From Sulfitobacter sp. (lineage in GTDB: Bacteria > Bdellovibrionota > Bacteriovoracia > Bacteriovoracales > Bacteriovoracaceae): 64,000 nt of DNA. The position numbers and the translations under genes are program-made. Location of the stretch: assembly GCA_047630275.1 (NCBI GenBank), contig JBLHVN010000002.1:135108-199107 (forward strand), in the 5' to 3' direction. Shown one piece after another: positions 38,231-47,626 of this stretch. Each line of letters opens with the position of its first letter. The first letter of the stretch is position 1. The notes beneath the pieces were generated by a model, which was given only the letters and a program-made list of their open reading frames with translations, did no database searches and was not told where the DNA came from.

Positions 38231-38614
38231 ATGAGCAAGAACGAAAAAATAAACCCCAAAGGGGAATTAGCGATTAGAGTCCAGGCCATGCCTGAAAATA
38301 CAAACCCTGCTGGAGATATCTTTGGTGGATGGGTCCTCTCCCAGATGGATATTGCCGGCGGTCTCGTCACTAAGAAGTTCACTCACGGAAGAACCGTCAC
38401 CATTGCTGTGGACGCCATGACCTTTTATAAGCCGGTCTTAGTTGGTGATACTCTTTGCTGTTATGTGGAGATCATTAAGACGGGGAAGACCTCAATTACG
38501 GTTAAGATTGAGTCTTGGGTGGCCCGTCAGTACGAGGATGTGCGTGAAAAGGTGACTGAGGGTACATTTACTTATGTTGCTGTCTCAGAAGACCGTATTC
38601 CACGGAAGATCTAA
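38231..38614 (+). CDS. yciA: Acyl-CoA thioesterase, YciA type (hotdog fold)
   Basis: RVQAMPENTNPAGDIFGGWVLSQMDIAGG..TFYKPVLVGDTLCCY is colinear with E. coli YciA. Confidence 0.85.
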   Translation: MSKNEKINPKGELAIRVQAMPENTNPAGDIFGGWVLSQMDIAGGLVTKKFTHGRTVTIAVDAMTFYKPVLVGDTLCCYVEIIKTGKTSITVKIESWVARQYEDVREKVTEGTFTYVAVSEDRIPRKI

Positions 38615-38672
38615 GTCTGAATTCTTTACAATATCGGTGACTTAAATTCATTTTGGGTTAGGATACCTTTAT

Positions 38673-39539
38673 ATGAAGATTGCTTTTACCATCCTATTTC
38701 TCATGTTCAGCTTTCTTGGACATTCAAAGACCTTAATGGTTTCTCATAAAGGTGTTTGGAAGAATCATGTCTATGCTCAGAACACTATGGAGTCCCTCGA
38801 GCAGGCCTTGAACAATGGCTTTCGTGGTATTGAATTTGACGTGCATCTAACGGCCGATAAGAAGCTCGTCCTGGCCCATGATATTGGTCTTAAGAGAGTG
38901 ACAAACTGCAAAGGTAAAGTGACAGAGAAAACTCTTAGCGCCCTTCTAAAGTGCAAGGTTACTCATAATACAAAGCTGCCTCTAACTCAGATACTTGTAA
39001 AGAAAGTTAAGAAGCCTACTTATATGACTTCTCTAAAGAAGGTCTTTGATAAGCTTCTCGCGAGAGAAAAGCTCGAGTTTCTATGGGTTGATGTTAAAGG
39101 CAATGATCCTAAGTTAATAGATGCCTTAAGCGAGGCCCTTGTTGATGTTGGCGATAAGTCTCTTATCTCTAAGATCATGATCAATAGCGTGAATACTGAA
39201 TTATTAACAAGGTTTAAAAAAGCTTTCCCTCGCATCAAGACCAGCCTTGAAGGAAAATGGGGCAGCGAGCCTCTAAGTCATCAAGAAAGATTCTTTCAAG
39301 GCATCGGTATTTCTCACGACGCTATTTCATTAAATGTGGGGATTGCACTAGGATTTAAGGGAAGCTTAAATATCTTTATTCGTAAGAGGCGTTTTTGGAA
39401 GCTTCTTAAATCTTATGTTTCTGAATCTAAGAGACGAAATATTCCAACAGTTTCTTGGACCGTTAGCAGCAAGAAGAAGATTACTAAGCTTAAAGCATTA
39501 GACCTTGATTATCTTCTAACTGATCTTATCACTCCTTAA
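38673..39539 (+). CDS. Secreted glycerophosphodiester phosphodiesterase family protein (second copy)
   Basis: Has a signal peptide. SHKGVWKNHVYAQNTMESLEQALNNGFRGIEFDVHLTADKKLVLAHD. Confidence 0.75.
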   Translation: MKIAFTILFLMFSFLGHSKTLMVSHKGVWKNHVYAQNTMESLEQALNNGFRGIEFDVHLTADKKLVLAHDIGLKRVTNCKGKVTEKTLSALLKCKVTHNTKLPLTQILVKKVKKPTYMTSLKKVFDKLLAREKLEFLWVDVKGNDPKLIDALSEALVDVGDKSLISKIMINSVNTELLTRFKKAFPRIKTSLEGKWGSEPLSHQERFFQGIGISHDAISLNVGIALGFKGSLNIFIRKRRFWKLLKSYVSESKRRNIPTVSWTVSSKKKITKLKALDLDYLLTDLITP

Positions 39540-39540
39540 G

Positions 39541-40086
39541 TTATTCAGCTTTATTACATTCAGCTTCAGAGACCGAGTTATCTTTTAAGGCAACTTGATT
39601 ACATTTTAAATCAAACGAAAGCATGGAACTCTCAAAAGCACTTCCTGGCATCTCTGCAGGATAACCTGAGACACTACACTTACTCCTGCCTTTTTCGCAT
39701 TTAAACTTAAAATTGTAAGGCCCGTCATAGCTTCCCTCTCGAGCAACCACTCCTGAGGAGAGCTTATTAACTGCTTTAGAAAAAGCGGGGTCAGAAAGAA
39801 GAATAAAGTCAGTCTTTTCTTTTTCATATTCCCCAGAGAAACCCCAGCTAAAGGGGGCTTCAGATTCAGAGAATCTTCTAGCTATATGAATCTTCTTATC
39901 ATTAACAATGCTAATGTGAACCGAGTCTTCAGCAAAGTCTTCACAGCCATTAGCGTAATAACCACAATAGTATTGAACAATGCTTAAGGCCTTCTGAGCC
40001 GTTATAACTGCTGGGGCGGCTTTTGATTTCTCTTCTTTTTGGCAAGAGAGGCTTAAAAAAACAAAAGTTATTAAGAGATATTTCAT
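39541..40086 (-). CDS. Lipoprotein, unknown function
   Basis: MKYLLITFVFLSLSC lipobox. Cys-rich. Confidence 0.55.
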   Translation of the reverse strand: MKYLLITFVFLSLSCQKEEKSKAAPAVITAQKALSIVQYYCGYYANGCEDFAEDSVHISIVNDKKIHIARRFSESEAPFSWGFSGEYEKEKTDFILLSDPAFSKAVNKLSSGVVAREGSYDGPYNFKFKCEKGRSKCSVSGYPAEMPGSAFESSMLSFDLKCNQVALKDNSVSEAECNKAE

Positions 40087-40273
40087 AGAGATCCTTTACT
40101 CTTTTATTCTACGTATTTAGTTTAAGAAGTGACAATATTAAGACCTCTAAATGCATAAAACTTGTACGCCTCCCCTATAAATTATACCTTTTGTGGCCTT
40201 AACCACCTGAAATCAAATCATAAGATTGGCCTCTATCTTGCTTTTATTAAAAGAAAATCAATAAGGGACTTCT

Positions 40274-41614
40274 ATGAAAAACACTCTATTTATCTCATGC
40301 ATGCTTATTTTTCTAGCTTCAGGCTGTGGTAAAGAGGGTGATATCTATTCAACAACTAATAATACTTCAGAATCAACAAGTGAGGCCCAAAGCGCCGAAG
40401 GCTCTTCAAGAATTACGGGCGTCTTCTTTGATTCACTTGTTGAAGGGCTGGTCTATCAAGGCAGAACTTCAAAGCTCTCAGGAATAACAAATGCTTCAGG
40501 TGAGTTTACTTGTGAAAAAGATGAAGAGGTTGATTTCTTCATTGGTCGATTAAACCTCGGAAACGCAAAATGTGCCCAAATCATCACACCTAAATCACTT
40601 TATTCAATTCCTACAGATGCGATCAATCTAGGAATACTCTTAATCGCTCTTGATGAAGATAATAACCTCGACAATGGAATTAAGATTCCACAGAACCTTC
40701 AAGATCAATCCTACGAGGAAGGAATGCTTGGATATGATATAAATGTAGCCGACTTGGTGGCAGATACAGCTAACAGAATTATCAGTGGAGCTCCGGCCAA
40801 CACTTTTTATAATGGTGGAGTGATTCCTAGTATAGAAACCGTCCGCCGCCACTTTGATGCTGGTGTTGAAGGACTAGGAAGTTACTCAGGTGAAATCAGT
40901 GAATATCAAATTGAAGAGGCTTCTGGGAATTGCCGCTTAACGAAGTTCTTAAGCGCTAAAGTTGGAGCTGATAAAGTTAGCCTTACAGGCTTTGCTGGCT
41001 TTTCATCTTTAGAAGTATCCCTAAGATTTGATAGAATCCTAAACTCAGCCGCAGGAATAAGCTCATTTGATGGTGAGTTCGACCTACCTTATAAGAGTGA
41101 TGGTAGTAATCTCTATGATCAAGTGAGAATCACTAATTCAATCATCGATGGAAAGATCGAAGCTGATTTCTCTGCTGGAAAGATTAATAATGATGGGAGC
41201 TTTAACCCTCTTTGTAGTGGGACATTAACACTAGAAAAAGATATTCCCCTCTCAAACTTTATTCAACTAAGAAAAGCAGCTAGAAGAATTTCAAATAGAT
41301 CTGGGTCAATGCTAAGTATCATTGACGCCGGCGATTATGGCTCTGATATCTTTGCACAATCTCAGATAGCCAATACTGCGGCCATTGACTTCTATAACTG
41401 TACCATTGGTTCAGATAGTACTAAGAACTTTAAGGAAAACTGCTGGCTCATAAAAGATACAATGCAATTTGAAGTTAGAAGAGCTTCAGATTTAATTGTT
41501 AGGAAAAAGGCCTTAAACCCACTTATTAGTGATGAACTAGTGAATCTCTCTCAAGAGTCATTCACTGACTTAGACTATATTGATAGCGTTCTACCAATCG
41601 ATGTAAACTTCTAA
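40274..41614 (+). CDS. Lipoprotein, unknown function
   Basis: Lipobox FLASGC followed by a Ser/Thr-rich linker. 446 aa. Confidence 0.55.
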   Translation: MKNTLFISCMLIFLASGCGKEGDIYSTTNNTSESTSEAQSAEGSSRITGVFFDSLVEGLVYQGRTSKLSGITNASGEFTCEKDEEVDFFIGRLNLGNAKCAQIITPKSLYSIPTDAINLGILLIALDEDNNLDNGIKIPQNLQDQSYEEGMLGYDINVADLVADTANRIISGAPANTFYNGGVIPSIETVRRHFDAGVEGLGSYSGEISEYQIEEASGNCRLTKFLSAKVGADKVSLTGFAGFSSLEVSLRFDRILNSAAGISSFDGEFDLPYKSDGSNLYDQVRITNSIIDGKIEADFSAGKINNDGSFNPLCSGTLTLEKDIPLSNFIQLRKAARRISNRSGSMLSIIDAGDYGSDIFAQSQIANTAAIDFYNCTIGSDSTKNFKENCWLIKDTMQFEVRRASDLIVRKKALNPLISDELVNLSQESFTDLDYIDSVLPIDVNF

Positions 41615-41655
41615 AGGACCACGGAAAAAAGAGATTCGGCTCTGGCTCGATCAGT

Positions 41656-42390
41656 TCATCTTTTCTTTAACCAACCACAAAAGGTTCCGGTGCTTTTAAG
41701 TTGAGGATCAACTAGGGATTCTACAATCTCAAAACCAGCTTCTTTAATCTCTAATTCAAGCATAGGGACCGTTGAGATAAAGCGGTGAGCAAAGACCTTC
41801 TTTCCCTGAACTTGCTTCCATTGCATGTCCCAGCGATCAGGTCCCGTTGAGTAGAGGATATGATCTTCATAAACAAGATAGTCCCTATCGGTCATCTCTG
41901 ACATATCGGGGGATTCGATCATTGTATGAAGAAAAAGTAGACCGTCATTCTTTAAGAGGTCAAATGATAGCTTAAAGAAGTCCTCTCTATCTTTTTTCTC
42001 AACCAAGCAATGAAGCAGACTGCTATCCACAACGAGGTCAACTTTTTCAGTTGTTTTAATGCTGACTATATCAGCCACTTCAAACTTGAGATCAAGCTCT
42101 AGCTCTCTTGCGTTCTTCTGTGCTAATTCAATGGCCGTAGTAGACAAGTCATAACCTATGACTGAAAAACCTTTTCTTGCCAGGTTTAAGGCGGCAGTGC
42201 CCGTTCCTGTTCCAAGATCAACGGCCTTTAATCCACTTGTTAATGAAAAGAAGTGATTGATTCTTTTTTCAAGGGCCCGGTTTATTTCGTGATCAAAGAG
42301 CTTAGAAGGATCAGTCTCCCCGTCCCAGGAGATCTTATTCTTCGCCTTAAGCTGTTTATAGGCGTCTTCATGCATATCGTAGTATTTCAT
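41656..42390 (-). CDS. Class I SAM-dependent methyltransferase
   Basis: Motif I VDLGTGTGTAALNLARKGFSVIGYDLS. Confidence 0.8.
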   Translation of the reverse strand: MKYYDMHEDAYKQLKAKNKISWDGETDPSKLFDHEINRALEKRINHFFSLTSGLKAVDLGTGTGTAALNLARKGFSVIGYDLSTTAIELAQKNARELELDLKFEVADIVSIKTTEKVDLVVDSSLLHCLVEKKDREDFFKLSFDLLKNDGLLFLHTMIESPDMSEMTDRDYLVYEDHILYSTGPDRWDMQWKQVQGKKVFAHRFISTVPMLELEIKEAGFEIVESLVDPQLKSTGTFCGWLKKR

Positions 42391-42467
42391 AGGAAAATTG
42401 TAACACCTCTTAGGGCTGAGGGCTTTTGATTTTTACAAGTACCCGAGGGGCAAGGTAGAATGCAGGT

Positions 42468-43385
42468 GTGAATAAGATAGAGGAAATTCTTTGCAAGGTG
42501 ACAGGCTCTTCAGAGGTTAAGGCATCGGAGCTTATTCAAGAGCTTTGGAGTGGCTATGGAGAATTAAGCCGGGTCTTTCTAGATGATTCCTCGGTTATTC
42601 TAAAGTTAATCAATACTAACTCAGGCCTTGATCATCCTAGGGGCTGGAACTCTAGCCTCTCTCATAGGAGAAAAGAACTCTCCTATTTGATAGAACGAAA
42701 ATGGTATCAAGATTATAACTCTCCCATTGAAAAAGCGCTCTTACCACGACTAATCGATGCTGGAGAGGTTGATGGTTCTCAGTACTTAATTCTAGAGGAC
42801 TTAAAAGAATCGGGCTTTCACGTGAAGGCCTCTCTATCATGGAAAGAAATAAAGAGCTCTTTAAGCTGGCTCGCTAATTTTCACGCTCATCACCTAGGGA
42901 CTGATCCAAGAGACCTATGGCCCATAGGAACTTACTGGCACTTAGACACAAGGCCTGAAGAACTAAACACCCTAGAAGATATCAAGCTAAAAGAAGCGGC
43001 TCCTCTTATTGATAAGAAGTTAAACCAAGCAAAGCATAAGACTCTTGTTCACGGAGATGCAAAGCTAGCCAACTTTCTTTTCAATGATGATCAAGCAGCA
43101 GCTGTTGATTTTCAATACGTAGGGGGCGGCGTTGGCGTCAAGGACCTGGCCTACTTTTTAAGCAGCATCTATAGAGAAGAGGAATTATTTGATAAAGAAG
43201 ATGAGTGCTTAGACTTTTACTTTAAAGAATTAAACGCGGGTGCTGCAGTTGAGGCTGAATGGCGCGGGCTCTATCCCTATGCCTGGTGTGATTTCTACCG
43301 CTTCTTAAAAGGCTGGTCCCCAGGGCATTACAAACTCAACTCTTATTCTGAACAAATGACTGAGAAGGTATTAAAATGGCTTTAA
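42468..43385 (+). CDS. Phosphotransferase (APH/choline-kinase/EcKL-like) family protein
   Basis: GTG start. Brenner-type catalytic motif LVHGDAKLANFLF and a DFQYVGGG DxD-like motif. Confidence 0.65.
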   Translation: MNKIEEILCKVTGSSEVKASELIQELWSGYGELSRVFLDDSSVILKLINTNSGLDHPRGWNSSLSHRRKELSYLIERKWYQDYNSPIEKALLPRLIDAGEVDGSQYLILEDLKESGFHVKASLSWKEIKSSLSWLANFHAHHLGTDPRDLWPIGTYWHLDTRPEELNTLEDIKLKEAAPLIDKKLNQAKHKTLVHGDAKLANFLFNDDQAAAVDFQYVGGGVGVKDLAYFLSSIYREEELFDKEDECLDFYFKELNAGAAVEAEWRGLYPYAWCDFYRFLKGWSPGHYKLNSYSEQMTEKVLKWL

Positions 43386-44239
43386 CTAAGATTCAACTCA
43401 CCGAACTATCCCTTGTGGCAAAGAACGCCGCTCTTGCTGCTGGAAAGATCATCTCAGCTCAGCAAGGCTCAAGCGTTGAAGTTATGTCTAAAGAAGGGGG
43501 CGAGAATATCGCTTCGTGCGTAGTGACTGAGATCGACTTGGCCGCAGAGAAGGCCATCCTTGAAGTCCTCACTCCTACTCTAAAGCCCTATGACCTAGGT
43601 CTACTCACCGAGGAATCAACTGATGATAGCTCGCGCTTTGATCATGATAATTTTTGGTGCATTGATCCCCTTGATGGGACCTTATGTTTTAGCCGAGACG
43701 AAGATGGTTATTCAACCTCCATTGCCTTAGTGGCAAAGGATGGAATTCCTATCATTGGCGCTGTTTATAACCCTAGGTCTGATTCTCTTTATCACGCTAT
43801 TAAGGGTCACGGGGCCTTTAAGAATGACTCTCCCTTAGTGGCGCCTAAAGGATCAAAGGTCTTAACCCTCCTCTATGATATGAGTTATACAAAACACCCT
43901 CGTTATGAACAGCAGATAGAAAAGCTAAAGACTGACCTTGTTGAGCAAGGCTTAGAGTCTCTTAATATTCATCATTTAGGTGGCGCCGTCATGAACGGTA
44001 TCTCAACCATTGAAATGGCCCCTGCCCTTTATTATAAATTCCCTAAGAAAGCCGATGGGGGCGGAAGCCTTTGGGACTTTGCCGCAAGTTCTGTCATTCA
44101 ATCTGAAGCGGGCTGCTTTAATAGCGATTTTCATCAAGAGCCCCTTAAGCTTAACCGCTCTGAATCAACCTTTATGAATTTAGATGGTGTTATCTATGCA
44201 AGCTCTAAGGAATTATTAAACTTAATCCCAAAGATATAA
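43376..44239 (+). CDS. Inositol monophosphatase / CysQ family phosphatase
   Basis: LLTEES..WCIDPLDGT motif. It overlaps the upstream kinase-like gene by 10 nt. Confidence 0.8.
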   Translation: MALTKIQLTELSLVAKNAALAAGKIISAQQGSSVEVMSKEGGENIASCVVTEIDLAAEKAILEVLTPTLKPYDLGLLTEESTDDSSRFDHDNFWCIDPLDGTLCFSRDEDGYSTSIALVAKDGIPIIGAVYNPRSDSLYHAIKGHGAFKNDSPLVAPKGSKVLTLLYDMSYTKHPRYEQQIEKLKTDLVEQGLESLNIHHLGGAVMNGISTIEMAPALYYKFPKKADGGGSLWDFAASSVIQSEAGCFNSDFHQEPLKLNRSESTFMNLDGVIYASSKELLNLIPKI

Positions 44240-44242
44240 AAA

Positions 44243-44261
44243 GTGCCAGGACTCCTGGCAC
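44243..44261. terminator. Hairpin between convergent genes (probable bidirectional terminator)
   Basis: 8-bp stem gtgccagg/cctggcac with a 3-nt loop. It is flanked by an A-run upstream and a T-rich stretch downstream. Confidence 0.5.
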
Positions 44262-44268
44262 AAGTTTC

Positions 44269-44865
44269 TTATTCACAATTCTCAGACATGCCTAGTGGAA
44301 GATGAAAATTGTTTTCAACTTCTGCAAAGCTTAAGTTATCCCTATTGTCTAAAGATCCCCACACTCCATTGAATGTAGGGATGTCATTGATCTTAACTTT
44401 AACTGAAAGAAAGTTATTATTATCAAATTCTGGCTTGATAATCTCTGCAATGACAGCCCCTGAATCATCAAGTAATTCTAATGAAGCCGTGGCCTTATTC
44501 ACCGAATACTGGCCATCAATCACGATAGGATCTAAGTTCTCAGTCACTTGGTTTCTAGAAAGAGAATACTTATAGACCTTTAAAAGAAGTTGGTAAGAGC
44601 CATTTTCAAAGACATAGCCATGAAGATCATAAGAGTACTTTAGATCATCTCCAGCCGAGTTTAAACCTCCTACATTTTGCTCTTTTAATGAAGTCACGCG
44701 CCTAATACCGTTCTCACAAGTAGGCTTCACTTGAATCCGACTATAGAACTCCTCAAAGCTAATAAGCTTAGGTGTATTTACTGCTTCAGGGTTTTGCCCT
44801 AGAACATCTTTCTTTCCACAAGAAAAGATTATCGTTAACAAAAACATACCAACTAAGAATTTCAT
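44269..44865 (-). CDS. Lipoprotein translationally coupled to the MACPF-like gene
   Basis: Lipobox IIFSCG. Its ATG overlaps the upstream TAA (TAATG at 44863-44867). Confidence 0.6.
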   Translation of the reverse strand: MKFLVGMFLLTIIFSCGKKDVLGQNPEAVNTPKLISFEEFYSRIQVKPTCENGIRRVTSLKEQNVGGLNSAGDDLKYSYDLHGYVFENGSYQLLLKVYKYSLSRNQVTENLDPIVIDGQYSVNKATASLELLDDSGAVIAEIIKPEFDNNNFLSVKVKINDIPTFNGVWGSLDNRDNLSFAEVENNFHLPLGMSENCE

Positions 44866-46358
44866 TATATCTCTCGCTTTTCGCAGTTACCAAAGTCGTA
44901 CTGATCTAAAGAGTAGCTTTGTTCTGATCCCATATGATCGGTTACAATCATTTTGTAATCAGCATTGAACAGATCATCTAGATAGAGTTCTGATTCAAAC
45001 TTACTGTTTCTTTCTATAACACCGGCGAATCTATCGAGGCGCTCTGAGAAGGTCAAATCATGATAGCCAAAAGGTAATAAATACCGTCCAGAAGTGCTTG
45101 TTTTTACAAAGTTTACCTTGCGAATCAGGTCCCCATGAAGAAGATCTCCCTCTACAAACTTTGTATAAGAATCAAGCCCCCTTTCAGAGTAATAACAAAC
45201 CGATCTAAGCCTAGGGTTTCTGATAAAGTCAGTTGGCCAATCAACCTTAAAGTTAATAACTAAGAGCTCTTCAAGCTGACAGCGACCTTCTAAGAGACAA
45301 CGGTTAACAATGGACTCCATCTTTCTGTACTCTCGCCCAAAATTCCTTTGAGCGCTTTGAAAGTAAGCGATGCTTTTTTCCACACGGTCTGTTGGAATCT
45401 TTCTTAGGCTTTCAACTTCCTTTTTCAATCTTCTTATTTTGTTTTCATACTCAAGAGAAAGTAAGAAGGCCTTGTTTAAGAACTCTTGTCTTCTATGATC
45501 ATAGGCAGGAACCTCTAGACCAAATCTTTCCATGGAAACAAAGCTAAAACCAACCGCTGTAGAGGTGTTCTTATTCACTCCTCTCATAAGCTCTTTCATG
45601 GCGTTTAAAGTTTTTTGCAAATCATCTGAAGCGCCAAACTCATTCATACTCGTTGAACTGCCCCCAAGAGTGGTGACACTTAAAGAAGTCTGTCCGTATT
45701 TCTTAGCCAGGTTATAATTCTTCTCTAGGCTGGTTTTTAAAGACCCACTAAAACCTCCATAAGCCACGTCTCCGCCAAAAGCTACTGTTAAGTCTTTCTT
45801 CTTTTCAGAGTTAAGCTTAGACATGGTTAGCATGACATTTAAAACAACTTTTTGATCTGTGTTTTCAACAAAGTGAGTGCCGCATCTTTTTATAAATTCT
45901 TGATGCTTCCCTTCGTTGATTAAGGCCTGATACTTTTCTTTGAGAACAGGATTTAAAAGCTCTTTTTTTCCAAAGTTGTACTTGGCCTGAACTAAGTATG
46001 ATAGTGAGTCTTGATATGAGTGGTAATTCTTAATAAGCTTAGCGCTCATATTAGCGTTGGCGCTGATGAGCTTAAACTTTGCTTTAGCAGCGAGGTCTAC
46101 ACCAACAGAGAGGTTCTTTGTAAGATCACTTGATTCAGTGATCAACTTAGAGCCAAAGCTCATCTTAACCACGCCATCTTGAACGTCGGCCCAACGAACT
46201 GATTCATAGGTGAGGCAATTCTCTTTTCGACTAAAAGGTAAGTCTAAGTCGTAACTATTTCCTAATGAAAAGGGGGTGTCCTCTGAGTACAGCATCTTAA
46301 CATCTGCTTGTGAGTTCACTGAATAAAGCATGGCCCAGGCCAGTATTAATATTTTCAT
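44865..46358 (-). CDS. Secreted MACPF (perforin-like) domain protein
   Basis: AAGGAG RBS and a signal peptide. LLNPVLKEKYQALINEGKHQEFIKRCGTHFV matches the MACPF signature context (..Y..F...[YW]GTH[FY]). The downstream amphipathic Ser/Thr/Gly-rich stretches are compatible with TMH hairpins. The canonical GG after the signature is absent. Confidence 0.6.
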   Translation of the reverse strand: MKILILAWAMLYSVNSQADVKMLYSEDTPFSLGNSYDLDLPFSRKENCLTYESVRWADVQDGVVKMSFGSKLITESSDLTKNLSVGVDLAAKAKFKLISANANMSAKLIKNYHSYQDSLSYLVQAKYNFGKKELLNPVLKEKYQALINEGKHQEFIKRCGTHFVENTDQKVVLNVMLTMSKLNSEKKKDLTVAFGGDVAYGGFSGSLKTSLEKNYNLAKKYGQTSLSVTTLGGSSTSMNEFGASDDLQKTLNAMKELMRGVNKNTSTAVGFSFVSMERFGLEVPAYDHRRQEFLNKAFLLSLEYENKIRRLKKEVESLRKIPTDRVEKSIAYFQSAQRNFGREYRKMESIVNRCLLEGRCQLEELLVINFKVDWPTDFIRNPRLRSVCYYSERGLDSYTKFVEGDLLHGDLIRKVNFVKTSTSGRYLLPFGYHDLTFSERLDRFAGVIERNSKFESELYLDDLFNADYKMIVTDHMGSEQSYSLDQYDFGNCEKREI

Positions 46359-46381
46359 ATTATCTCCTTTAAAAATATTGA

Positions 46382-47599
46382 TTAAAATAAATCTCTTAAA
46401 TTTTCTTCTTTAAATTCGCTCCACTTAAGCTCTTGATCAACTGACTTTAAGAACTTGTTAGAATCAAACTCTGGAAAGTCTGGCATCTTATAAAAGCCCG
46501 TTATATTTTGAACGACCTCTCCTCTTTCACCATCAGATCCATACTTTCCTTTTTCACCCTTGAGTCCATTATCTCCTTGGCGCCCTTGCGCTCCCGTGGG
46601 TCCTGATCCCGCGTCGCCATTGGCAAGTTCACCTTCGCCACCAGATCCGCCAACTCCTCCTTGACCACCGATTCCTCCATTTCCTCCAGAACCAGCCGTT
46701 CCAGGAGAGCCACCGCGACCGCCAGGAACGTAAATATTTGGTGAGGTCCTAGGGATTATTTCTTCGTTTGGCACTTCACTATTCACTAAGACAAAGACAT
46801 CGCCACCGTCTCCACCTTTACCGCCATTACCGCCGTTTCCACCGTTTCCGCCATTGCCGCCGTTTCCACCTCTTCCGCCAGGACCTCCTGAGGAAGCTGA
46901 TTGACCAAGCCAACCATTGGCGTCGCCGCCTTTTCCACCGTGTCCGCCATTTCCGCCATTACCACCATTGCCGCCGGCACTGCCATGGCCTCCGCGTCCA
47001 CCGATTCCACCTATACTTTCAATATTGATAAGGGAGTCCCGGTCAAAAGCATCCGTACGGATATCAAGAGTGACGTTCTTTAATCCGCTCGCTCCTTTAA
47101 GGCCATCTTTTCCATCAAGGCCAACGCCTCCCTCAGTTCCACCCCCACCAGGTTGACCATCTCCAGAGCTTCTTCCAAGTCTTGCATCCGCCCCGTCCGC
47201 TCCATTTGCTCCACGGGTTCCGGCCTTTCCATGAGTAATATTTTCTTGATCAATCCCAGAAGCTCCGTCTCTATTTAAACGGTCTCCCGTAATTGAGATA
47301 TGCCCAGAGATAAACCTAGTCCGAAGCTGTAAGTGTGAATGGACCAATAGTTCAGATCCCTTTTCAAAGTAAACCTCATCACAAAGAATATTGATCTTCT
47401 TTGGGTCTTTTTTATCCGCCTCAGGGTTTATGATCTTAGCTTTTCCTATGATGGTTAAGCTCTTACAACGGAGGCTTGAAAATTCCCTCACCTCATCAAA
47501 CTCTCCACCAAGCCTGATGGAGTCTGCCACAATATTGACTTCCTCTGCTTGTAGGTTGCTTGAAAGTATTAAGGTTATTAGTAGTATTAATTTCTTCAT
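46382..47599 (-). CDS. Secreted collagen-like / GGX-repeat protein (paralog A)
   Basis: AAGGAG RBS and a signal peptide. G-X-Y runs ([15 protein letters not shown]; [29 protein letters not shown]) flank long GGN/GGH/GGK tracts. Confidence 0.7.
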   Translation of the reverse strand: MKKLILLITLILSSNLQAEEVNIVADSIRLGGEFDEVREFSSLRCKSLTIIGKAKIINPEADKKDPKKINILCDEVYFEKGSELLVHSHLQLRTRFISGHISITGDRLNRDGASGIDQENITHGKAGTRGANGADGADARLGRSSGDGQPGGGGTEGGVGLDGKDGLKGASGLKNVTLDIRTDAFDRDSLINIESIGGIGGRGGHGSAGGNGGNGGNGGHGGKGGDANGWLGQSASSGGPGGRGGNGGNGGNGGNGGNGGKGGDGGDVFVLVNSEVPNEEIIPRTSPNIYVPGGRGGSPGTAGSGGNGGIGGQGGVGGSGGEGELANGDAGSGPTGAQGRQGDNGLKGEKGKYGSDGERGEVVQNITGFYKMPDFPEFDSNKFLKSVDQELKWSEFKEENLRDLF

Positions 47600-47626
47600 C
47601 TTTATTTCTCCTTTTAGTTTTTATTT

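Noticed and set aside
38143-38382. 79-aa minus-strand ORF overlapping the yciA start and the REP copy.
   Set aside because: It overlaps a strongly supported yciA homolog on the other strand and runs through the repeat element.
42432-42444. tttacaagtaccc as an additional functional REP copy.
   Set aside because: It matches only the outer parts of the motif, with the internal aaccaggt missing. I treat it as a possible decayed relic, mentioned under the REP finding, and not as a confident feature.
44250-44268. Possible sigma-54 promoter (cTGGCACaagttTCTT).
   Set aside because: The -12 element does not match TTGC. The TGGCAC is the 3' arm of the terminator hairpin between convergent genes, and no gene lies downstream in the correct orientation.
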